Of a stretch of DNA of 35,912 nt, positions 18,094-25,981 are shown one piece after another. The notes beneath the pieces were generated by a model. That model was not told the DNA's origin. It saw only the letters and a program-made list of their open reading frames with translations, and searched no databases. The DNA comes from a virus. Taxonomy: Duplodnaviria > Caudoviricetes. The position numbers and the translations under genes are program-made. How positions within the stretch are numbered: the first letter of the stretch is position 1; each line of letters begins with the position of its first letter. The stretch is from positions 1 through 35,912 of IMG/VR virus record IMGVR_UViG_3300025600_000014; one strand, 5' to 3'.

Positions 18094-18947
18094 CATGTCC
18101 ACTTGGCTCTAGGCAGTTTGTTCCAGTATTGCCCAGAAAGGTTAGTATTCATGGAGCAGAACGGCACTATCCGATGGAGTTATCCATTTGGCATAACACG
18201 TTTCGTGTTACACCGCATGATGTGTACGAACCTTTAAGCCGGTTAAGGTTGCGGGGTACTTGATTGGTACGTTGATAAGGCCACTATTATCGGATAACCC
18301 CGAAAACTAAAATAGCGGCACTCGCTATTATCGTTTGGGATAGATACGGATTTGAGTATACATCTCAGATGGCAAATTGTACCCTTCGTGCGTTTAATGC
18401 ACATCTGTCCATCTATCTGCATATTTTGGACATATCCTTCTGCATATGGGCATGGCGGGTACACATCATTATTGTAACTTTCCTGCGTTCAGGGGTATTC
18501 CATATACGGCTATGCACGCTTTTGACAAGTTGATGCAAAAAATGCACCTACTCGAACTCACGAGGATTCCTCGTATGTTCCTTAGAAATATTTGAAGTAT
18601 CCGGTTTTTCCAGACGGTTGGTCCTGATTTCTGTGGTCAAAGCTAGAAATAGCCCCGTTAAAGTGTTGTGGTCACATGTTGCAGGCCATTGTTGTGACGA
18701 AATGGTCAGGCGAACCGTCTGCGCTAAATATACATTTTTGTATATTTCAAGCATATGCGTTGCAGAAAATTGTCGCAAGTTGTCACAGTAACCCCACTCT
18801 ACCCTGTACTGCCATTTTATAGGAGAATTGGCGGCAATAAACGTCCATTCATACAGCGAGATATGAAAACCCCGCAAAACGCACAGAAATGGCATTAGCC
18901 GCAATATGTATAAACAGTATTGACAACTTGCCACATTTATGGCACAT

Positions 18948-18976
18948 TTGCCACAGTTCCGATTTTGTGTTATACT
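18948..18976 (+). promoter_or_regulatory. Early promoter (sigma70, extended -10) overlapped by TTGCCACA direct repeats
   Basis: TTGCCA-17 bp-TATACT with TG at 18968-69; TTGCCACA at 18928 and 18948. Confidence 0.7.
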
Positions 18977-19254
18977 AAAAAGGACGTAGCGTACCCAACC
19001 CCACTTCGGCAAAAGTGGGGTTTCCTTATACCCACTCCCCACTGTGAAGATTATGCTATTTTCATTCACAATCATGCTGTTCACAAAATAGAAATCGGAT
19101 TAAGATATTAGCAGCAAGGGGAACAAGGGTTCCCAACCGTAAGCGAAAGTAGCGCACTGATAACTCAAAAAGGCTCCCGATACCAGACACCATCACGATA
19201 GTTGGCTACTCGGTCCCAGAATGCGATCTAAAAATCTAACCAAAGGAGATAGAT

Positions 19255-19524
19255 ATGACGAATCGAATGGTTGTCTTAACCGGCTACCGCATGGAATCAC
19301 TTAAACGGCACGACCGCAAGAAGTACGACCGCTTGAATGAAATGGTTTCAGATGGACTTAGAGACAGTCCCGAACCCGACATCGAGTGGAACTCTACGGT
19401 TGGCAGACTGGAACCCAAACCCGACCCTGAACCCGATCGTTGTGCTTGGGTATGCCCTAGTACCTGTCGTAATTGTCTCGTTGAAAACTGTGCCGATAGA
19501 CTGGCGGGAGGGGTCAATGAATGA
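19255..19524 (+). CDS. Hypothetical early protein with a Cys-rich C-terminus
   Basis: SD AAGGAG; CAWVCPSTCRNCLVENC. Confidence 0.7.
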   Translation: MTNRMVVLTGYRMESLKRHDRKKYDRLNEMVSDGLRDSPEPDIEWNSTVGRLEPKPDPEPDRCAWVCPSTCRNCLVENCADRLAGGVNE

Positions 19525-19642
19525 AGAACAGAAAGAAGCAATAGAAATCATTCTGTGCGCTGTTTCGCGTCAAGAGATATACCTCTCGACCGCCATGAAA
19601 CAGATCGAAGCAATCTGGCCGAAAGCGGCGGGAGGTGAGTGA
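19517..19642 (+). CDS. Small hypothetical protein
   Basis: SD GGAGGGG; overlaps both neighbours. Confidence 0.55.
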   Translation: MNEEQKEAIEIILCAVSRQEIYLSTAMKQIEAIWPKAAGGE

Positions 19643-19881
19643 TGCTAAGTAGTGGACAGGTGACAGCATTGGACGCCGTCAAGGTTTCGGTCGCTCGCAA
19701 GTTTTCTTATGACCGCTCAGACGGCAACGGGAATCGAGAAGCGGGACTGACATTGCGATGCAGAATTGGAGAGCCGGTTACCATCACTGGCCATTGCCAG
19801 ACGGTTGACGAACTCGAATACGCCGTGGCTCGTCTCATTGCCACAGCAAGAAGGGAGGTGGGGCATGGCAAAGCAGTGTAA
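19639..19881 (+). CDS. Hypothetical protein
   Basis: SD GGAGGTG; coupled start. Confidence 0.6.
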   Translation: MMLSSGQVTALDAVKVSVARKFSYDRSDGNGNREAGLTLRCRIGEPVTITGHCQTVDELEYAVARLIATARREVGHGKAV

Positions 19882-20092
19882 CCCACTACGTGAGTGGAGG
19901 TGGAACAGAATGATGACGACCGCCAATGCTGCGCGAGAACTTGGATTGCTCCCTGAAACATATCGGACTCTTGAATATCTGCCAAGCAAACTGAGTATCA
20001 CCACTGACACAATCTTGCACATCGCAAGCATAACACACATCCCGCTGGAAGTCCTCGTAGACTATCTCGAATCGAACCACGCCCCTGCTTGA
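19865..20092 (+). CDS. Cro/XRE-type helix-turn-helix regulator
   Basis: LREWRWNRMMTTANAARELGLLPETYRTLE..TILHIASITHIPLEVL; SD GGAGGTG. Confidence 0.7.
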   Translation: MAKQCNPLREWRWNRMMTTANAARELGLLPETYRTLEYLPSKLSITTDTILHIASITHIPLEVLVDYLESNHAPA

Positions 20093-20116
20093 CATGAACC
20101 CGATTCCGAGTACAAT
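20089..20116 (+). promoter_or_regulatory. Sigma70-like promoter
   Basis: TTGACA-16 bp-TACAAT. Confidence 0.75.
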
Positions 20117-20121
20117 ATATA

Positions 20122-20208
20122 CAGCAGCCTAGCGTGGCGTAATTAACCACGTGAAACTAGACTCCTTTCTAGGGGCTGCTGCCATCAAAACAAAGGAGAC
20201 AAAGGAGT
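20122..20208 (+). ncRNA. Three-way-junction/pseudoknot leader RNA, copy 2
   Basis: P1 CAGCAGCC/GGCTGCTG, P2 GCGTGG/CCACGT, GAAA, P3 CTAG/CTAG; loop ACTCCTTT is complementary to AAAGGAG and AAAGGAGT (SD). Confidence 0.7.
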
Positions 20209-20216
20209 GTGAGACA

Positions 20217-20756
20217 ATGAAGCTTGGACAGCACATGACAGACGAACAGCGAGCCAAAGAGTCTGCGTCAAAATTGGGGCATACCACATCAATTGAAACG
20301 CGGGCAAAGATATCTTCGACGCGCATGGGGATTAGACCATCACCTGAAACGCGGGCAAGGGTATCTGAAATCCTTATGGGCCACGTCGTTACCCCCGAGA
20401 CGCGAACAAAGACGTCAGCATGGCAACAGGGGCGCAAACTTTCGCCTGAAACGTGTGCGAAGATAGCTATTGCGCATTGGAGGGGCGGTCAGAAAATGGC
20501 CGACGCCAGAACTCGCGCCAAGCGCCGCACGCTCGGTTTCAATCCTCTGAACTCTCCCCTTTCGGGATGTGAGGGTCATCACGTCAATCGGCTTGACGTC
20601 ATCTATATGCCCACAAAACTACATCAAAGCATCCATCACAATCAGCATACTGGCAGAGGAATGGCGCAGATGAACGCCATTGCCTACAATTTTCTATTCA
20701 AACAAGAGGTGGAAGCCGCAATCGCGGCAAAGGAGACAACCAATGTTAGTGGCTAA
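20217..20756 (+). CDS. NUMOD3-repeat HNH-like endonuclease (type A, ~5 repeats)
   Basis: ATG 20217 after the SD; KRRTLGFNPLN..CEGHH..IYMPTKLHQSIHHNQHTG. Confidence 0.85.
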   Translation: MKLGQHMTDEQRAKESASKLGHTTSIETRAKISSTRMGIRPSPETRARVSEILMGHVVTPETRTKTSAWQQGRKLSPETCAKIAIAHWRGGQKMADARTRAKRRTLGFNPLNSPLSGCEGHHVNRLDVIYMPTKLHQSIHHNQHTGRGMAQMNAIAYNFLFKQEVEAAIAAKETTNVSG

Positions 20757-21570
20757 GAACGAGGGTAGCGAACGCATCCTTATACCGGCCGGAACACACG
20801 TCGCGCGTTGCTATGGAATGATTGATCTGGGAACGCAATATTCAGAGAAGTTCGGGAACTGGAGTCACAAAATCCAGGTACAGTTTGAACTCTGTAACGA
20901 ATTAATGGATGATGGCAGACCTTTGGCTATTAGCAAGAAATATACGCTCAGCCTTAACGACAAGGCTAGCCTGAGGAAAGACCTTGAAAGCTGGTTGGGA
21001 AGAGGCATCACCGAGAAAGAAGAGAAAGCGGGGTTCGCGCTTGGTTCTATGTTGGGCGCTCCGTGTTTGCTCTCCGTGATTCATGCTGAGAGTGGCGGCA
21101 AGACGTACGCGAACGTGGCGGGCGTGATGTCTGTACCAAAAGGAACAACCGTGCCCGAACAGAGCAATCCTATGATTTCCTATGATGTGGAAAATGGAAA
21201 GGATGTGGTGTGGGAAAAGCTGCCCGAATGGATCCGAACCATGATTGAGCAGAGCAAGGAGTTCAAGGACGGCGACGAACCGACACCCGAAGAAGCTGCC
21301 GACACCTCTATGCCGTTTCCCGACATTCCCGAAGAGTCGACCGAACCAGCCACACCACCTGAGACCTATATCTACGGTCCTAAGACCTATACCCGTGAGG
21401 AGTGGTTGGACAGTCTGCATCAAGCGTCTGCATTTGACCATCTGCCCGAACCTGCAGATATGGATGCCATGAAGCATGATGACCTACTGGCGGCTGGCAA
21501 GGTGATGATCAAGCAGTTGCAGGACTTCTGCGCGACGAACAAGAAGAAAACAGAAAAGAAGGCCTCGTGA
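20743..21570 (+). CDS. Phage ssDNA-binding/replication-associated protein (NGO0469-like)
   Basis: IPAGTHVARCYGMIDLGTQ..YTLSLNDKASLRKDLESW..G.PC.LSV.H..YANV, followed by an acidic linker. Confidence 0.6.
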   Translation: MLVAKNEGSERILIPAGTHVARCYGMIDLGTQYSEKFGNWSHKIQVQFELCNELMDDGRPLAISKKYTLSLNDKASLRKDLESWLGRGITEKEEKAGFALGSMLGAPCLLSVIHAESGGKTYANVAGVMSVPKGTTVPEQSNPMISYDVENGKDVVWEKLPEWIRTMIEQSKEFKDGDEPTPEEAADTSMPFPDIPEESTEPATPPETYIYGPKTYTREEWLDSLHQASAFDHLPEPADMDAMKHDDLLAAGKVMIKQLQDFCATNKKKTEKKAS

Positions 21571-21571
21571 A

Positions 21572-21757
21572 ATGGTCACAGCCGAAGAACTTGCAATCCT
21601 CAAAAAGTCGCCCCATGAGCTGGCGGTTACCGTGGCTCTGCTATGTCTGGCGAATGGTATCCCGGCAGTCAAGGTCCTGGAGGACGTGTACCGTGAGGGT
21701 CAAAGGTCGGTAACCGACGATCCACAGGCATGGGGACTAATTGGAGGCAGGGCGTGA
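21572..21757 (+). CDS. Hypothetical protein
   Basis: Tightly packed ORF in the early operon. Confidence 0.55.
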   Translation: MVTAEELAILKKSPHELAVTVALLCLANGIPAVKVLEDVYREGQRSVTDDPQAWGLIGGRA

Positions 21758-21915
21758 GATATAGAATACATCATTTTGTGCTAGCAGAATTGGCCGAGGA
21801 CAACTTTATCGTATCCGGCGACACCATAGAAGAAGTCCGGGCAGCGGCGAAACGGGAACTGGCAAGAAGGGGTTGGAAAGAAGAAGATTGTTGGTCGGAG
21901 GACTTGCCATGCTGA
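21754..21915 (+). CDS. Hypothetical protein
   Basis: SD GGAGG; GTGA overlap with the previous gene. Confidence 0.55.
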   Translation: MRYRIHHFVLAELAEDNFIVSGDTIEEVRAAAKRELARRGWKEEDCWSEDLPC

Positions 21916-22325
21916 CCCCTCCCTGCAACACGCAAGCGAACGAGTACATCGACAAGATGTTTGCTGCCCTGTCAACGCTTGGCACCCTGAATGAGCTGTA
22001 CCGTACCGAATTGGGTGATGCTATCAACAAGTCTGCCGCCTTCAAGCTACTGTATGCCACGGTGTTGATTGAAGAAAAGGCGGGGCCGGACGTCAAGGTC
22101 ACCGTCGACGAACTCAAAGCCAAAGTCACGAAGCGCGTCAACGCCGCCGAAAAGGTTGCCGATATTGCCGAAGCCCTCAGTAAGGGTACCAGGGAGGCGA
22201 TGGAGCTGCAGAAAGAAACGATCGGGGCCTGTCAGTCGGCCCTTGCCTACGCCAAAGCAGAACTGGAAGCAACGCCGAACGCAAACCCACCGAACCATGA
22301 GCCATTGTTTGGAGGTGTGACATGA
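21909..22325 (+). CDS. Hypothetical coiled-coil protein
   Basis: SD GGAGG; helical sequence. Confidence 0.6.
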   Translation: MLTPPCNTQANEYIDKMFAALSTLGTLNELYRTELGDAINKSAAFKLLYATVLIEEKAGPDVKVTVDELKAKVTKRVNAAEKVADIAEALSKGTREAMELQKETIGACQSALAYAKAELEATPNANPPNHEPLFGGVT

Positions 22326-22546
22326 GCGAGAAAACAATCCGCACCATTACCATCAAGGCCGAGGGTGAACTTGGGCTTACCCCCGATGTTGCTGGGCTGA
22401 TATCCTCTTGCGTCAAAATGCACGCCGAGAATGGAAGGGAGACGGGCGACCTGTACTTCCAAGACTTACACGTCACCTATTCTTATGCTGAGCACAAGGT
22501 GGTCAAGAAGGGGCCGAAGAAGAAGCCCGTGGAGGTATCCGTATGA
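22322..22546 (+). CDS. Hypothetical protein
   Basis: SD GGAGGTG; ATGA overlap. Confidence 0.6.
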   Translation: MSEKTIRTITIKAEGELGLTPDVAGLISSCVKMHAENGRETGDLYFQDLHVTYSYAEHKVVKKGPKKKPVEVSV

Positions 22547-22710
22547 ACACCTTGACCGCTCTTGAATTACGCAAGCACGACCTCCGGCAGGACCTGGTAC
22601 ATACTGCGAAAACCTATGGAAAGGCCGCCCGGGAGACGGCGAAGATTATGCACAAGATCCAGGAAGTGCAGCGGGCAGAAAGTTATCTCAAAAGGGAGAT
22701 GACAACATGA
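22543..22710 (+). CDS. Small hypothetical protein (55 aa, not in the ORF track)
   Basis: SD GGAGGT; ATGA overlaps at both ends. Confidence 0.55.
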   Translation: MNTLTALELRKHDLRQDLVHTAKTYGKAARETAKIMHKIQEVQRAESYLKREMTT

Positions 22711-22868
22711 TCATTTTCATTCTCTGGTTCATTCTCTGTCTCATGGTGGCTGGACTTTGGAGCTGGAAGGGCAGAAGTTACGCAGGTGGGTTTTGGCTTA
22801 GCTTCTTCTTTTCCCCATTGGTCGGATTCATTGTTGGGATTTGTCTTGCCCCGGCAAGGCGGGCATGA
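22707..22868 (+). CDS. Small two-TM membrane protein (53 aa, not in the ORF track)
   Basis: MIIFILWFILCLMVAGLWSWKGRSYAGGFWLSFFFSPLVGFIVGICLAP; ATGA overlaps. Confidence 0.65.
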   Translation: MIIFILWFILCLMVAGLWSWKGRSYAGGFWLSFFFSPLVGFIVGICLAPARRA

Positions 22869-23344
22869 GTACCTTGATCCCGGCAGAGAATAAGTTTCAT
22901 AAAGGTAATGGCGCGGACGGGAAGCACTACTGGTTAACCCCGCCCGCCCTGTTCCAACGATTGTTGGCGCGATTTGGTTTTACCTTTGACCCCTGTCCTT
23001 ATCCAAAGCCCGATGACTTCGACGGTTTGACTTGTGAGTGGGAATCATCTAACTATGTCAACCCCCCCTTTGGATCCATTATTCACCAAGGGAAAAAGAA
23101 GGGGCCGACGGCGTGGGCTAGAAAGGCGATTGAGGAAAACAAGAAGGGGAAGCGCGTTGTTCTTGTCTATCCGATTGATAAGTGGATATTGATGCTGTTG
23201 GCGGCTGGCGCGACAGTAGAGAACCTTGGGGACGTAAGGTGGCTTGCGACAGAGGATGGTTCTGAGGGGAAAGGAACGGGGCGGCACATAGCCTGTTTCA
23301 TTTTGGAACCGCCCCCCATCTCTACAAACGGTAATTTACGGTGA
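22865..23344 (+). CDS. Phage DNA N6-adenine methyltransferase (Dam-like)
   Basis: WLTPP..F..FDPCP..DGL..W..YVNPPF (NPPF catalytic motif). Confidence 0.8.
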   Translation: MSTLIPAENKFHKGNGADGKHYWLTPPALFQRLLARFGFTFDPCPYPKPDDFDGLTCEWESSNYVNPPFGSIIHQGKKKGPTAWARKAIEENKKGKRVVLVYPIDKWILMLLAAGATVENLGDVRWLATEDGSEGKGTGRHIACFILEPPPISTNGNLR

Positions 23345-23374
23345 TGGAAAATCTGCCCGCTATTCATGCGGCAT

Positions 23375-23502
23375 CCAGCAAAGGGTATACACTAGGGGGT
23401 ATCAACTGTTTCCAAAATGGAAATAGCTCAGACAGAACAACTGGGCATCCATCGATAGTCTAGACGAACATACCCCCCCCCGGCGCGAGTCCCCGCTGCT
23501 GG
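23375..23502 (+). ncRNA. Candidate multibranch structured element
   Basis: CCAGCA/TGCTGG encloses GGGGGTAT/ATACCCCC, CTGTTTCCA/TGGAAATAG and CTCAG/CTGGG. Confidence 0.4.
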
Positions 23503-23503
23503 G

Positions 23504-23531
23504 TTGTGCGGCTAGTCGTTTCTGCTATACT
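23504..23531 (+). promoter_or_regulatory. Promoter (extended -10)
   Basis: TTGTGC-16 bp-TATACT with TG at 23523-24. Confidence 0.55.
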
Positions 23532-23537
23532 GATATG

Positions 23538-23621
23538 GGAGACGGCTTGGGACAGTTAGCTACTGTTCGACAGCCGACCATACCGGCGCCGCCTCCATCT
23601 TTCTTTTGTATGGTGTATGGT
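23538..23621 (+). ncRNA. Three-way-junction/pseudoknot leader RNA, copy 3
   Basis: P1 GGAGACGGC/GCCGCCTCC, P2 GGACAGT/ACTGTTC, GACA, P3 GCCG/CGGC; loop ACCATAC is complementary to tandem GTATGGT GTATGGT. Confidence 0.65.
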
Positions 23622-23706
23622 GAGAGTCTTGTGCGGAGCCTCCCACCAATAGGAATGGCAAAATCCTAACTAGGTTTGGAGGTGAGTATGTACTGCTCAG
23701 CGGCAA

Positions 23707-24741
23707 ATGAGTCTTGAAAATCCCCAACTTGAAGACGGCCACCTTAGGATCGTCAACAGCATAGCCGAAACCCTTGCGCGTACCCAGTTGTCCGGGTACG
23801 AGTCGCGGGTTTTATGGTTTCTCTGGCGCAAGACCTATGGCTGGTCGAAGAAAACCGACCTTATAAGTCTAAGCCAGTGGGTTGATGGGACTGGCATATG
23901 CAAGCAACATGTCGCCACCACTATCAAGCGTCTTGTCCAGCGCAACATCATCATCAAGTACGCCGGACGCAAAGCGACCGTAACCGAAATCGGTAATGAT
24001 AGGGGCGTAACCGAAATCGGTTACGGCGTTATCTGTATGTATGAATTCAACAAGCGTTATGGCACTTGGCAATCGTTACCGAAATCGGTTACGTTACCGA
24101 AATCGGTTACGGAGGTGGTACCGAAATCGGTACCCACAACAGATACTCTTACAACAGATAAAGGATTAAAAGAAAAAGATTGCGCCGAAAATGAAAAAAC
24201 CGGCGCTCCTCTCTTCGAAAATCTTCCTGAAGTCATCAAAGAACCAGAGACTAAACCAGACAAGGCAATCCAGGTTACGACTTCTGTTCCCTATCTGTTG
24301 GCTTCCTGGTTCTATTCCTCGCGCGGTATTCCCGCTCAGCCCACCCCTGCCGATATGCGGAACTTTAAGCTGTTGTTGCAGTTCTACTCTGAGTCTGTCA
24401 TCAAAAAGGGTATTGAGTGGCGACTTACCTCTGATTCTGATGGGTATTGGACAACGCATATTTCGTCTGCTTCTATCTATCGCAACTTTGGCAACTGGAT
24501 GGCAGAATCGTCAGTCAAGGCAATCAGTCTGAGACAATGGGTTCAGCAGAATCCCGACATGGACTTTGATCGTTTCGTTGACCCTCTTGCCCGCGCTGAT
24601 GCTTTTATGCGGGCGTTCAATGAGGCGAAGAAGAATCGGCTGGTGTACTTTGAAGACGCAGACTATGCCATGTACAAGAAGGCAATCCGCATTAAGACAG
24701 CGGAATCCAAAGCAGAGACAAAGGAGGTAAATCGTGGTTGA
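23707..24741 (+). CDS. Replication initiator, lambda O-like (Phage_rep_O N-terminus)
   Basis: PQLEDGHLRIVNSIAETL..LSGYESRVL..LWRKTYGWSKK.D.ISLSQ; internal iterons. Confidence 0.85.
   Translation: MSLENPQLEDGHLRIVNSIAETLARTQLSGYESRVLWFLWRKTYGWSKKTDLISLSQWVDGTGICKQHVATTIKRLVQRNIIIKYAGRKATVTEIGNDRGVTEIGYGVICMYEFNKRYGTWQSLPKSVTLPKSVTEVVPKSVPTTDTLTTDKGLKEKDCAENEKTGAPLFENLPEVIKEPETKPDKAIQVTTSVPYLLASWFYSSRGIPAQPTPADMRNFKLLLQFYSESVIKKGIEWRLTSDSDGYWTTHISSASIYRNFGNWMAESSVKAISLRQWVQQNPDMDFDRFVDPLARADAFMRAFNEAKKNRLVYFEDADYAMYKKAIRIKTAESKAETKEVNRG
23979..24134. repeat. Replication-origin iterons: five copies of palindromic ACCGAAATCGGT
   Basis: Copies at 23983, 24010, 24078, 24096 and 24120, followed by an A-rich tract. 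Confidence 0.85.
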
Positions 24742-25102
24742 ATATACGGGCCTGGAAAAAAGCAAGCAGTTGGCAAAGATGCAATTTATGAAGAAAGATG
24801 AAGGTTATCCCTGTGACGCAATATACATGGGTAAGTACGACTATTCGCTGGACACGAGTTTTGTCGAACAGTTTGCCAATACAAAATTGTATGAATACCC
24901 CGCCTACCGTGCCGACACGCTTCTATCGTGGCTTCTGGGACGTGGGTATTTTGAATATATCATGGCAAACGCCGCAGATGAAATAGTAGTGGCATTCAGT
25001 GACAGTGCCTTTCCTATCGGCACGGTTGAAACGAGGGCAAAAACCCTTGCTGACGCTCTGGCAGACGTTGTGTTCACCGTTCTTGCCTCGCGCCCGAGGT
25101 GA
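24734..25102 (+). CDS. Hypothetical protein
   Basis: SD AAGGAGGT; GTG start. Confidence 0.65.
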   Translation: MVEYTGLEKSKQLAKMQFMKKDEGYPCDAIYMGKYDYSLDTSFVEQFANTKLYEYPAYRADTLLSWLLGRGYFEYIMANAADEIVVAFSDSAFPIGTVETRAKTLADALADVVFTVLASRPR

Positions 25103-25106
25103 AGTG

Positions 25107-25553
25107 ATGGACGAAATCAGTAGCGTTATGGGGCGTCTTGCTCAGTTAAGCCGGAACATAGAACCTCTCGAGATGCTTGTGCGTGAGGAACTGGCAGGAA
25201 TGGATGATCATACGTTTTGGACGTCTGTTTGTCACGGCGACATCGTGGACGCGCTTGAGGAGGTACCCGAAGGAACTCACCTGTTCCAGTGTGCCTGGGG
25301 CAACCGCGAGATATTCTCTGAGCGGAACAATCCGCACCATTACATGATTGCCAAAGATCCCGGGGTTCCAGTACGCAGAAGCGAGCCGAAGCCCGAGATT
25401 CAAGTCAACGTCGCACAACTGGCGCGGTTTGTTATGGCTTGTCCCTATGAGGGAACAGAGCGGTGTCCACGGCGGAACTTTGCATTTGCTGATACAAGCA
25501 AAGAAGAGAAACGGAAAGAGAAACAACTGGCCTGGCCTGAGGAGGTAAAATGA
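25107..25553 (+). CDS. Hypothetical protein
   Basis: SD GAGGTG; operon packing. Confidence 0.6.
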   Translation: MDEISSVMGRLAQLSRNIEPLEMLVREELAGMDDHTFWTSVCHGDIVDALEEVPEGTHLFQCAWGNREIFSERNNPHHYMIAKDPGVPVRRSEPKPEIQVNVAQLARFVMACPYEGTERCPRRNFAFADTSKEEKRKEKQLAWPEEVK

Positions 25554-25981
25554 CTAAGGTTGAGGAACTGCGCGGACACATAGTTGATATGGCGGATGGC
25601 GTTTCGTTTTCGGAAATTACCTGCTTTCTTGGATTGCTTGATTCTTATGCCGCCGTTTCCCATGCCGAAGGCGTGGCAGAAGGGGAGCGCGATAAGGGAC
25701 TACAAGGGAGCAATTTCCGAAAGGTGGCCAACTTATTGTCAGAAGCGAACGCCAAACTTGTTACCGCTCGTGCCGAAGGCGTGGCAGAGGGGGAAGAGCA
25801 GGAGAGGGAGAGGATAGTAGCAGTTGGCTCCCGTGGTTTAGTATTGCATGATGGAGACCTGTTGGTTGGAGGCGTGCCGGAATTGCGAAAGAAGTTTTCG
25901 ACAGAGGGGTACGTATACATCGTTGCCGCATCTGCTCTCGCTCCGAACGTCCTCGCGCCCACAAAGGAGGTGGCGGGATGA
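25550..25981 (+). CDS. Hypothetical protein with an internal AEGVAEGE duplication
   Basis: SD GGAGGT; TGCCGAAGGCGTGGCAGA occurs twice. Confidence 0.6.
   Translation: MTKVEELRGHIVDMADGVSFSEITCFLGLLDSYAAVSHAEGVAEGERDKGLQGSNFRKVANLLSEANAKLVTARAEGVAEGEEQERERIVAVGSRGLVLHDGDLLVGGVPELRKKFSTEGYVYIVAASALAPNVLAPTKEVAG

Noticed and set aside
18243-19111. ORFs 18243-18464, 18548-19084 and 18920-19111 as genes such as a repressor
   Set aside because: Atypical composition, no convincing SD or domain, and overlap with the promoter and palindromes
23979-24134. Repeats as a mini CRISPR array
   Set aside because: The core is only 12 bp with irregular spacing and lies inside an O-like initiator gene, which fits iterons
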